Of a stretch of DNA of 64,000 nucleotides, positions 39,530-52,378 are shown piece by piece. The notes beneath the pieces are model-generated. The model was given only the letters and a program-made list of their open reading frames with translations, did no database searches and was not told the DNA's origin. How positions within the stretch are numbered: position 1 is the first letter of the stretch; each line of letters opens with the position of its first letter. The translations under genes were made by a program, and so were the position numbers. The stretch comes from the human T2T-CHM13v2.0 reference genome, Homo sapiens: NCBI RefSeq assembly GCF_009914755.1, contig NC_060926.1. One strand, 5' to 3'.

Positions 39530-40095
39530 TGTGATGGTTAATATTGTCAACTTGATTGGATTGAAGGATGTGAAGTATTATCCCTGGATATGTCTGTGAG
39601 GGTGTTGCCAAAGCAGATTAACATTTGAGTCAGTGGATTGGGAGAGGTAGACCCACCCTCAACCTGAGTGGGCAGCATCTAATCAGCTTCCAGTGAGACT
39701 AGAACAAAGCATGCAGAAGAAGGTGGAAAGAGCAGACTTGCTGAGTGTTCCAACCCTCATCTTTCTCTCCTGCTGGATGCTTCCTGCTCTTGAAGATTGA
39801 CTGACATAAAGACTGCAGGTTCTTCAGCTTTTGGACTCCTGGACTCACACCAGTGGTTTTTCAGGGGCTCTCGGGCCTTCAGCCACAGATTGAAGGCTGC
39901 ACTGTTGGCTTCCCTGCATTTGAGGTTTTGGGACTCAGACTGGCTTTGTTGCTTCTAAGCTTGCAGACGGCCTGTTGTGAGACTTCACCTTGTGATCATG
40001 TGAATCCTTAATACACTCCTTAATAAACTCCCCTTCATATATACATCTATATACATCTATTAATTCTGTCCCTCTAGAGAACCCTGACTAATACA
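39530..40095 (+). mobile_element. MLT2A/B (HERV-L) solo LTR
   Basis: tgtgatggttaata..gtcaacttgattggattgaaggatg start; ...ctctagagaaccctgactaataca end. Confidence 0.92.
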
Positions 40096-40532
40096 GTTGT
40101 CAAATTTATGGGTATAGAATTGTTAATATTTATTATATTTAAATGTAATTAGGTTTTATAGTGATAGTCTCTCATTTTTGATGTTGCTCTTTCAAATCAT
40201 GTTTTCTTTTTTGTCTTGATACAAGTTTATAGATTTTATTGATCATTTCAGAGAAATAGCTCTTGGTTTCATTTACTCTATTCCATTTCATTGACTTCTG
40301 GTTATTTTCTTTATAATTTTTTTCCATTAAGTCCTGCTTAGGCTATATCTCACAGATTTTTAAATATTGTGGTTGTCTTGTGTATTATATCTCCATTCAT
40401 TGAAAATCCCTTCAGTTCATGTTACATGTTTTGCTCCGTCTGTTAAATATATTTTGAAGAACTGAAGAAGAGACACACAATCTATTACATTTTCCCAGTT
40501 ATTGATCATGTTTTCTCTTCCTTTATTCCTAA

Positions 40533-40929
<397 letters not shown>

Positions 40930-42659
40930 TAACACAGCAAGTCTGCTGACCATTAATTCTCTTTAGTTTTCTTCACCTGAGAATGTCTTCATTTAGTTTC
41001 TTTTCCAAAAGGTATTTTTGCTGGATGTTGGATTGATAATTTTTTTCCCATCTTCATCATTTCTGATGATAAATTTGCAGTCATTTGAGCCATTGTTCCC
41101 CTATACATAATGCATTGTTCACTCTGGCTGCTTTCAAGATTTTTCTTTGTTTTTAGATTTCAGATTTGACTATAATGTGTCTGGGCATTGATTTCTTTGG
41201 GTTTATCCTATTGGGGGTTCTTTGACATTATTGAGTCTGTAGGCTTATGTGTATATAAAACTTGGAACATTTCAGTCCTTATTTCATCAAATGTTTTTTC
41301 AGTATCACAAGCTTCCTTCTCTTCTGGGATTCTACATGTTCAATGTTTTGTTACTGCCTATAAGTTTCTAAGGTGGTGTTCAATTTTTTCATAGTTTATC
41401 TCTCTGTTGTTTAGGTTGGATCATTTTCCTTTGATCTATCATCAAGTTCAGTGACTTTTTCTTATGTCATCTCCCTAATTGTATTGCACCCCCTCAGGAA
41501 AAAAAAAAAAAAAACAAAAACTCGGTTATGTATCTTTTAGTTTCAAAAACATCATTTGATTCTTTTTTGTATTTTCTGTCTTTGTTGCATTTTTCTGTTT
41601 TTCCCTTTGTTTCAAAAGTGTTTGTCTTTATTTATTGAAACATTTTTATAATGGTTGCTTTAAAGTCTGTCAGATAATTTCAACATCCCTGTCATTTTGT
41701 CATTATTATCTATTCATTGTCTTTTCATATATGAGTTTTTTTCTGCTTCTTTGTATGCCTAGTAACTCTGAATTATTTCATGGATATGTTGAATATTATG
41801 TTGTAAGAATTTGGGTCTCTTATTTCTAACAGAGAATACTGATATTTTGTTTTAGCAGATAGTCTTCCTGGTTGCATTCAGGCTTCAAGTTTTAACAGGT
41901 CTGTGTTTGGGGTACAGTGTTCGTTTAGTTTTCAATAGCAAAAGTATTGTTCAGGTCATGTGTGTTCCATTCAGTGACCAGCCTGGGACTTGGGTATTGG
42001 TAGTTTACTTATCGAAGTCTGTATATGCTGTTTAATGTTAGCTCCACGTATACACAGCTTGTGAGTGAGTCCAGGAGTTTATAAACAACTTGTTGTGGTG
42101 ACGTTCCCAAGCTCTCTCCCTCCATGGTCTCCTTGGTACTTATTCTCTGGGATCTCCTTTTTAGGTTCTCTGACCAGAAATCTGGGCTTTTATTTACCGT
42201 GCCTTGCCATGCACCTGTGTCTGCGGAAAATGGCAAGAGGGTGTAGAGTATAAAAAGTTATTAGATACCACTCTCTTTTGGGACCACAACTCATTTGATT
42301 GGAGAGGAAAGTTTCCTTCCTTGAGAGTTTCAGATCTCTGTGTGTCCCTGCTGCTGCCGCCACTGTCATCACCACAGAATTGTTTGGGTGCTGGGATGGG
42401 AAAGAACCGAAAGGTGAAAAATAGGAAAAAAGAATAATGGCATTTTCTGCACTCTCCGACTTAGGATATTCATTTCCTACTCTTCTTAACTAGAGAGCTT
42501 CTACTGGGGCATTTTTTGTTTGCCCCAGTGTCAACTTTCAAGGTTTGGGCTTCCTTGAGTTCTGACCGAAGGATACCAGAGGGGAAGAAATGGAATATCT
42601 GATTCAAGTATGATACTACTGTGAATTGTGACCTTTTCTCATAATCTACCTGCTATTGT

Positions 42660-45600
42660 ATTATTTTTAATCAGGAGACTCTTAGAGCAATTTCAGGTTT
42701 GTGGAAAACTGAGCAGATAGTACAGAATTCTCATATACTACCTCTTTCTCCCACTGTTGTTATAGTTTTCTTTATTACTAACAACTTGAATTAGTGTGGT
42801 AAATATGTTATAATTTATTAAACAATATTGATACATTATTATTCACTAAAGTCCATAATTTAAACTAGATCTCATTAGTTGTGTTGTATAATTTTTTTGT
42901 TGTTATTTGTTTTTTCTTGAGATGGAGTCTTGGTGTGTTACCCATGCTGGTCTTGAACTCCTAGGCTCAAGTGATCCTCCCACATCAACCTCTCAAGTAG
43001 TTGGGGTTACAGACGTGCACCACTGTGCCCAGGTTTTATGTTATATAGTTTTATGGGTTTTGGTATATGCATAATATCATGTGTCCACCATTACAGTCTC
43101 ATACAGACTAATTTCACTGCCTTGAAATTGCCTTGTGCTACACCTGTTTATTTGTCTTCCTCCCTGCCCCTAAACCTCAGGCAACCACTTCTCTTTCTCT
43201 TTTTACTGTTTCTATAGTTTTGCCATTTTCAGAATGGCATATAGTTAGAATCCTACACTATGTAACCTTTTCAGACTAGCTTCTTTCACAAAACTATATG
43301 TTTTTAAGATTCCTCCATATCTTTTTGTGGCTTGATAGCACATTTCTTTTTATGGCTAAATAATAATATCACAGTTTGTTTATCCATTCACCTGTTGAAG
43401 TATGTCTGGGGGTGGATTCCAGTTTTTGTCAGTTGTGAGTAAAGCGGATATAAATGTTTTATGTGCGGATTTTTGTGTGAACATAGCTTTCAACTCATTT
43501 GGGTAAATACCCAGGAGTGCAGTTCCTGGATTGTATACTAAGACTGTGTTTAGCTTTGTAAGAAACTGCTAAACTGTCTTTCAAAGTGGCTGTACTATTT
43601 TATATTCCCACCAGCAATGAATGAGAATTCCTGTTGTGCTGCATCCTTGCCAGCATTTAGCATTGTCTGTGTTTTTGGATTTTAGCCATTCTAATAGATG
43701 TGTAGTTGTATCTCATTGTTTTAATTTGCAATTTCCTGGTTATATATGATGTTAAGCATCTTTTCGTATGTTTATTTTACACCTTTACATCTTTTTTTAG
43801 AAGTTTCTGTTAAATATTTTGCTCATTTTAAAATGAGTTGTTCATTTTTTATTGTTGAGTTTTAAGAATATTTTGTATATTTTTGATATGTCTTGTCAGA
43901 TGTTTTGCAAATATCTCCTCCCAGACTGTGATTTATCTTATTATTTTCTTAACAGTGTCTTTGACAGAGCAGAAAATTTTTAATGTTAATGAAGTCCAAT
44001 TTAACAGTTCTTTTCTTGCATGGATTATGCTTTTGGTATTATATCTGTAAAAACTCATTACCCTTAGGTCACCCAGATTTTCATCTGTGTTATCTTCCAG
44101 AAGTTTATCGTTTTTGCATTGTACATTTAGGTTTATGATCCATTTTGAGTTAATTTTTATGAAAGATCAGTGTCTAGATTCACATTTTTGCATGTGAGTG
44201 TCCAGTCCTAGTACCATTTACTGAAAAGACTACACTTCGTCTATTGAATTGCCTTTGCTTTTTTGTAAAGATTGACTGCCTATTTATATTTGACTATATC
44301 GGGTCTATTTCTAGGCTATCTATTACATTGATCTATTTGTCTATTTTTTTTGCAGTACCACATTTTCTTAATTATTGTTTATAGAAAGCTTTGAACTTGA
44401 ATAGTGCAAGTCCTCTGACTTTGTTCTTCAGTATTGTGTTTGCTGTTCTGGATCTTTTGCCTTTATGTACAAACTTTAGAATCAATTTGTTGATATCCAC
44501 AACATAACTTGTGTTTTTATTAGTATTGCTTTGACTTTATATATCAAGTTGAGGAGACTGACATCTTAAGAATATGAGTGAGTCTTCCTATTTATGAACA
44601 TGATGTATCTCTCCATATCATGATGAAGATTTTCTTTCATCAGATGTTTGTAGTTTTCCTCATTTGTATGTATTTTGTTATATTTATAACTAAGTGTTAA
44701 TATTTCTTTTTTGGTGCTAATTTAAATGGTATTGTGTTTAATTTCAGATTCCAGTTGCTCATTGATGTTATTTAAGAAAAAAACTGACTTTTGTGTATTA
44801 AATTTGTATTCTGCAACTTTGCCATACTGATGTATTAAGTCCAGGAGTTTTTTCTTTGATTCTTCTGGATTTTCAGTGTATAAGATCATGTCATATGTGA
44901 ACAAAGATGGTTTTATTTCTTCCTTTGCAATCTGTTTACCTTTTACTTCCTTTTCTTGTTTTATTGTATTAGCTAGGACTTTCAGTATGATATTGAATAG
45001 AAGTGAGAGGAGACATCCTTGCTTTGTTCCCAGTCTTAAGATGAAAGCATCTAGTTTCTCAGCAGTAAGTTTAATTTTAGCTATGGTTTTATTTGTAGAT
45101 TTTTTTTATCGAGTTGAGAAAGTTTCTATCTATTTCTAGTATTACTGTGAATTTTTATGATGAATTAGATTTTGCCAAATGGTTTTGTTTTTTAATGTGA
45201 TCATATGATGTTTCTTTTGTAGCTTATTAATGTGTTGGATTATGTTAATTGATTTTTGAATGCTGAACCAGCCTTGTATACCTGGAATAAATCCCATTAA
45301 GTTGTGGTGTTTAAATCTTTTTATGCATTGATGGATTTGATTTGCTAATGTTTTGTTGAGGATTTTTTTATCCATCTTTATGAGAGATATTGATTTGTAG
45401 TTTTTTTTCTTTTAATGTTTTTATCTGGTTTTGTTATTAGGGTGATGCTGGTTTTATAGAATTAGTTGAATGTTCCTTTGCTTCTGTTTTCTAGGAGAGA
45501 TTGTAGAGAATTGGTATTATTTCTTCTTTAAATGTTTGTAGAATTCACCCATTAGCCCATCTAGGCCCACCCATCTAGATTTTCTACTATGTAAGTTTAG

Positions 45601-47545
45601 ATAATTTATTTTAGATCTTTCTCCTAATCAGATATATGTATTCAATGCTATAAATTTCCCTTTAAGCACTACTTCTGCTGCATCCCTACATTTTTAGAAA
45701 TTATGTTTTCATTTTCGTTTAGTTTGAAATACTTTTTAAAATGTACTTTGAGTTTTTGGATCCATGTGTTATTTAGACATATATTGTTTAAATTCCACGT
45801 ATTTTGACTTTTAGTCATTAATTTCTAATTTAATTCCATTTTGGTCTGAGAACATACTTTGTATGATTTCTATTCTTTTAAATTTGCTGAGGTATGTTTT
45901 TTGGCCCAGAATGTTTTCTGTCTTAGTGAATATACTATGTGAGCTTGATAAGAATGTATATTCTGCTGTTGTTGGATGAGGTATTCTGTAAATACCAGTT
46001 AAATTCATTGATTGGTGGTGCTGTCAGTTCAACCGTATTCTTATTAACTTTTTGCCTGCTGCATCTGTCAATTACTGATGGAAGTGTGTTTAAGTCTCCG
46101 GCTATAACAGTGGATTTGTCTGTTTTTCCTTCCAGTTCTCTTAGTTTTCACCTCATGTATTTTAACATTCTGTTGGTAGTATATACACACTAAGGATTAT
46201 TATGTCTTCCTGAAGAATTGACCCCTTTATTATTATTTAATATCCCTCTTTATTCCTGATTGTTTTTCTGGTTCTAAGTCTGCTGTATTAGGCTTCTATA
46301 GAGGGGCAGAACTAATAGGATTATATATATATATATATTTATATTTATATTTATATTTATATAAAAGGGAATTTATAAAGGAGTATTAAACTCACATGAT
46401 CACAAGGTCCCACAATAGGCCATCTGCAAACTGAGGAGCAAGGAAACCAGTCTGAGTCCCAAAGCTGAAGAACTTGAAGTTGGATGTTCGAGGGCAGGAA
46501 GCATCCAGCATGGGAGAATGATGTAGGCTGGGAGGCTAAGACAGTCTAATCTTTTCACATTCTTCTGCCTGCTTTTATCCTAGCCACCTTGGCAGCTGAT
46601 TAGATTGGGCCCACCCAGATTAAGGGTGGACCTGCCTTTCCCAGCCCACGACTCAAATGCTAATCTCCTTTGGCAACACCCTCACAGACAGGTCCCGGAT
46701 AAATACTTTCTATCCTTCAATCCAATCAAGGTGACATTCAGTATTAACCATCACATCTGCTTTGTTTGATATTAGTATAGCTACTGTAGCTTTCTTTTGA
46801 TTTGTGTTAGCATGATAGATCTTTCTTTGTCCCTTTACTTTTAATTTATCTGCGTTTTTATATTTAAAGTGGGTTTCCTATAGACATCATATAGTTGTCT
46901 TATTTTTTCAATCTACTCTGTCACTATCTGTCTTTTAATTGGTGTATTTAGATCATTAACATTTAAAGTGATTGTTAGTATATTTGCATTATTATCTGCT
47001 GTATTTGTAACTGTTTTCTATTTGTTATGCTTGTTCTTTCTTGGTTTTTTATCTGTTTTTTTTGCCTTCTCTGTTTTTAATTGAGCATTTTGTATGACTC
47101 CGTTTTCTCTCCTTTCTTGGAGTATCAATTCTTCTTTAGAAATTTTTAGTGGTTGATTTAGAGTTTGCAGGGCAACATTTACAACTAGTCAAAGTTTACT
47201 TTCAAATAACACTATACTACTTCACAATTAGTGCAGGTACCTTATAATTATTCTCTCCTGTCTCTTGCTGTAATTCATTTCACTTATTCATAAGCTATAA
47301 TAACTCAACACATGGTTATTTTGAATAAACTTTTTGCCAATTAAAATAAAAAAATAAGCTTTTATTTTACCTTCATTTATTTCCTCTCTGGCACGGTTCA
47401 TTTCTTTTGCAGATGTGAGTAATAACAGGTATATTATTTTCCTTCACTCTCAAGAGCTTTTTAAAAACATTTCTTGCAAGGTGGGTCTACTGTTGATGTG
47501 CTGGTAAGGTGTGGGAGAATATGAGACCTTTTATAATCTTACGAC
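42660..47545 (-). mobile_element. Long L1M (MC/MB-type) element, 3'UTR through ORF2, with nested Alu monomer (~42893-43032) and MLT2A
   Basis: Minus-strand ORF remnants are L1 ORF2p: [35 protein letters not shown] (RT), FTYDMILYTENP (FADD motif), YRIPHPTTAEYTFLSSSH (endonuclease). Confidence 0.92.
46284..46755 (-). mobile_element. MLT2A1-type solo LTR
   Basis: tgtattagg...ttaaccatcaca termini; 5-bp TSD tctgc at 46279-46283 and 46756-46760; internal (TA)n. Confidence 0.92.
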
Positions 47546-47554
47546 TAAATCTGC

Positions 47555-48315
47555 TTTTTATTTTTATTATTTAGTTTCTTTCCTATTTTATTTTAAGTTC
47601 AAGTGGTACATGGCAGGTTTGTTACATGGGTAAATTGTGCGTCATGGGAGTTTGGTATACGGATAATTTTGTCACCTAGGTAATCAGCATATTAGGTAGT
47701 TTTTCAGTGCTCACCCTTCTCCTACCCTATACCCTTAAGTAGGCGCCGTTGTCTTTTGTTCCCTTCTTTGTGTCCATGTGTACTCAGTGTTTTCCTTCTG
47801 CTTATAAGTGAGGACATGCAGTATCTAGTTTTCTATTCCTGTGTTAATTTGCTTAGGACAATGGCCTCCAGCTCCATCCATGTTGCGGCAAAGGACACGA
47901 TCTGATTCTTTTTTATGGCTGTGTAGTATTCCGTAGTGTATATGTACCACACTTTCTTTATATAGTTCACCATTGATGGACATCTAGGTTGATCTTTGCT
48001 ATTGTGAATGGTGCTGCAATGAACATTCATGTGCATGGGTCTTTTTGGTAAAGCAATTTATATTCTTTTGGGTATATACTCAACAATGGGATTGCTGGGT
48101 TGAATAGTATTTCTATTTTAAGTTCTTCGAGAGTCTTTCAACTGTTTTCCACAATGGCTGAACTGATTTGCATTCCCACCAGCAGTGTATAAATGTTCCC
48201 TTATCTCTGAAACCTCGCCAACATCTATTGTTTTTTGACTTTTTAATAATAGTCATCCTGACTGGTACAAGATGGTATCTTGTGTTTTTGATTTGGATTT
48301 ACCTAATGATAAGTA
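47555..48315 (-). mobile_element. L1PA15-16/L1PB-type 3' end
   Basis: caggtttgttacatgggtaaattg, gcctccagctccatccatgttgc and related antisense motifs; ORF remnant PRCPSMVNYIKKVWYIYTTEYY. Confidence 0.88.
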
Positions 48316-48872
48316 TAAACCTATTTTTTTGGTGGGGGGCCTATGCCCCAGGATGTGACCTTCACCAGTATTTCTCAGCTTCCTGTACCCTACTTAGGTG
48401 AGATAGGAAAGCTAGAAGAGGCTGGAGTGGTTATTTTTCTTCTCCCATGTTGATTAGGTTCTGGCAAAGTAGTTTCCCTTCCCCTGCTGGAAACAGGAGA
48501 TTTTTCTGATATTCACTGTGAGAACATGGAGGGCTTATAGTAAAACTCTGCCCCAATAAGATGTGATTCTCTGTATTCACTTGTCTTTCCAGTTTTTGGG
48601 CACTGATTTGCCTTGTAACCTCAGTTCTCTGATGGATTAAAGAAAAGCTGTTGATTTTCAGATTGTTCAGTTTTTTTCTTTTTTCTCCCCCTTAAGAAGA
48701 CAGGAGTAAGGACCTCCAAGCTCTTAATATGTTGAGTGGAAACCTCTCTTTACTTTTTAAGAGCCTTCTAATAGCTACTGTCTTCTTTTTTTTTTTTTTT
48801 TTTGGTCTATATTTTATAGCTGTTTTCAGTGGGAGAGCTACAGTTGAGTGTTCCTACTCCATCTTATCTGTA

Positions 48873-49231
48873 CAGATGCTCCTTACAGTGGGGTTATGTC
48901 CTCATAAGTCCATCATAAATTGAAATTATTGTAAGTCAGTAAGGCATTTAATACATCTAGCCTACTAAACATCATAGTTTACCCTAGCCTACCTTAAATG
49001 TGCTCAGAACACTTTTATTAGCCTACAATTGGGCAAAATCATCTAACACAAAGCCTATTTTCTAATAAAGTGTTGAGTATCTCTTGTAAGAGTATCATAC
49101 CTCATATCACTAGCTTGAGAAAAGTTCAAAATTTAAAAATTCGAAGTATGATTTCTACTGAATGCACAGTGCTTTTTCACCATTGTAAAGTAGAAAAACC
49201 CTGTTGACCATTGTAAGTTGAGGACTGTCTA
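48873..49231. mobile_element. MER47A-like Tigger-family MITE
   Basis: ta|cagatgctcc.. and ..gtaagttgaggactgtct TIRs; ctagcctaccttaaatgtgctcagaacactt core. Confidence 0.8.
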
Positions 49232-50700
49232 CATTTTTTTGAAATACTGATTTGTTTCCTTTAATGATTATATTTCTATTTAGGTTTTTTATTTTTTGAA
49301 TTATTTTGGTAAATTATATTTTTTTCTAGGAAATTGTCATTTTTTCTAAGTTTTTAAGTTTACAGATGATAGTGTTTATCATTAGTTTTTTTCAAAATCT
49401 CATGCACATCTATGGTTTTGCTCTCTTTCCAGTACTCGCACAATTTTGTAAGAGGATTGTTACCTTTTTAAAGAGAAATCTTGAATATCACCTATTTTGT
49501 TTGTTTTTATACTTTAAAATTTTATTTTGTAACTTTTAATTTTTAAATTTTAAAGAGCTTGCAAAAAAAGAATGTTTCCATATTCTCTACTCGACTGCCC
49601 TAAATGGTGATATATTATAAAATAGCACATAGTACATTACATAGTTATCAACACCAGAAAATTAGCATTGATACAATACTATTAACCTATTTATATACTT
49701 CATTAAAATTTTGCCAGTTCTCCTACTAATGTCCTTTTTTGGTTCAAAATCCAAGATGACACAATATGTGTAGTTATCATTGTCTCTGTAACTCCCTTTG
49801 GGAAAATTCTTCAATCTTTTTTTGTCTTTTATGAGCTTAGCGCTCTTTTTTTTCTCCTCTAAATTATTTATTGAAATATTTTCTTTATAGGCTTTAAATA
49901 CCTTAGTGTAAGCAGAACTTGAAATACAAAGGACAAACATTGTGTAGAACCTAGAACACCCTATCAGTTCATTGAATCATGATTTCCTCCACACAAGTCC
50001 TCGGATTCTTAATTTGTTGAATTGATCCTAGGCCTTTGTTGTCTCAGGATATTTTTCCTAAATCCTAATTGATTGACCAGTCTTATCTGAAGAATTCCTG
50101 CCCCCTACCCACAATCTGTGTAGGTGAGTTATTCTTCTGTCTCTTAGAAAAAGTTAGACTAGGCTGCAAAGAACCTATACCTCTAAGCGTCTCCTCCATT
50201 TTTTTTTTAACCTTCTTTAAATATATTTTTGGGTGTTTAAATGGGATTAGAAGTGTCATCTGGCCCCCAAAAGTGACCACTCTTAAACTAAAGATATTTC
50301 CATAATAATCAAAGCATAGTAATTTTCTGGGAGACTTCTCACTTCATCACATCCTTCCATACCCTCTCTGGCAGTTCTCTTGAACTTATCCTAGTGATTC
50401 TTCTTCCTATTGAAAAATAATGTGCGTACTGCCACAATTTACTGTAGAGTTCTGTTGTTAGTGGGATAAGGCCAACAATACCATGTAGAATTCTGTTGCT
50501 CTTCCTTCTTCATGCATGGAAATTTGTCTAAGTATTGTTAACTCCCTAGATGTCTCTATACTTCCAGCAAAGAGATAGCTGGCAACATAGTTTTGTCATT
50601 TCTTGGACAGAACTCTTTTTCTTCTCAGGCCAATGTGATAGCTTCTTAGCTTGCCCTCTTTCAGAATCCTTGTCTTTGGTAGCCCGTAAGGCTGCAGAAT

Positions 50701-51745
50701 TTTTAAAACTGTGTTTGTATATACAGTTCAGTAGTGTTAAGTATATTCACATTGTTGTGCAGCAGATCTCCAGAATGTTCCCATTTTGCAGTACTGAAAC
50801 TCTATATTCATTAAACAGTAATTCTCCATTTTCCTCTTTTCCCAGCACCTGGAAACCAGCATTCTACTTTTTTGTTTCTATGAATTTAACTACTCTAGAT
50901 ACCTCATAAATGTAGAATCATATAGTATTTGTCTTTTTGTGTGTGGTGTGGCTTATTTTACTTAGCCTAATGTCCTCAAGGTTCATTTATGTTGTAGCAT
51001 GTGACATGATTTCCTTCTTTTTAAAGGTTGATTAATGTTCCATTCCAAGTATATGCCACCTTTTGTTTAATTATCTGTCCATGGCCATTTGGGTTGCTTC
51101 TACTTTTGGCTAATTGTCTGTAATGCTGCTATGAGCATGGGTGTGCATGTATTTCTTCAGGATCTTACTTTTAATTATTTTCAATACATACCCAGAAATG
51201 GGATTGCTAGATCATATGGTAATTTTATTTATTTTTTTGAGGAGCCGCCATACCATTTTTTATAGTGATGGGGTAATTTTATGATCCCATCAACGGTGCA
51301 CAAGAGTTCCAATTTCTGTGCATCCTTGCCAGCATCTGTTATTTTCAAAATTTAAAACAAATTTTGTTTGTTTTTATAGTAGCCATCCTAATGGATAGGG
51401 GGTGATATTGTGGTTTTGATTTGCGTTTTTCTAATGATTAGTGGTGTTGAGCATGTTTTCATATGCAAGTTGGCCACTCGTATGTATCTTTAGAGAAATA
51501 GCTGTTCAAGTATTTTGCCCATTTTTTATTATTTTAGAGAAAGGGTAACTCTGTGTTGCCCAAACTGGTCTTAAACTCCTGGGCTCAGGCAGTCTGCCTG
51601 CCTCGGCCTCCCAAGTGCTTGGATTACAGGCATGAGCCACTGCACTGAGCTGATTTTGCCCATTTTTAAACTGGACTTTTGTTGATGTTGGGTTATAGGA
51701 GTTATTTATATATTCTGTATATTTACCTCTTAGGTGATTTGCAAA
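50701..51745 (-). mobile_element. L1MB(2-like) 3' end with nested Alu monomer (~51530-51650)
   Basis: tacagttcagtagtgttaagtatattcacattgttgtgc..agatctccagaa and downstream antisense L1 motifs. Confidence 0.85.
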
Positions 51746-52308
51746 GAGGTTGACACTTTTGAAGAGTACCAGCTAGTATTTTGTAGAATGTCCTTCAATT
51801 TGGGTTTGCTTTAAATTCAGATTATGTGTTATTTAGTAAGAATATCATAGAAATGATATTTTGCTTCTCCCAGTACTATCAGTAGGTGCATGATTTATTG
51901 TATATCATTATTAGTGACATTAACTTTGATCCCTTTTAATAATTAAAGTGATATTTGCCAGGTTAGCCTGCCATAAATTCATTATTTTCCATTTACAATT
52001 AATAAGTGTCTTGTGGGAAGACATTGAATGTATTTGCATTATGTTGCTTTTAATCATCCATTTGCCTATCTGTTTTAATATCTATTAACGACTTGCCCCA
52101 ATTATTACTTGCCCCAATTATTACTGTGACATTTGCCAAATGATGATTTTCTATTTTTATCATTTCTTCTACATATCTTAATTTATATTTATTAATTTAT
52201 TTCAGCTGCAGGAAAGAGCTGTATCAACTCTCTCATTTATTTGTTTATTTATTTACTTAAATCAGTAGACAATGGATTTTTTTTCCTATGGGTTACAGTT
52301 CATTAGTA

Positions 52309-52378
52309 TTAGGATGGCACAAAAGCAGTCATGATTACTTTCAATGGCAAAACCGTGATTACTTTTGCACCAACTTAA
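52309..52378. mobile_element. MADE1 MITE (Hsmar1-derived)
   Basis: ttaggatggcacaaaag ... attacttttgcaccaacttaa inverted termini, flanked by TA on both sides. Confidence 0.85.

Noticed and set aside
44722-46008. Reverse transcriptase and endonuclease ORF fragments as a novel RT system
   Set aside because: They are ordinary decayed LINE-1 ORF2 remnants.
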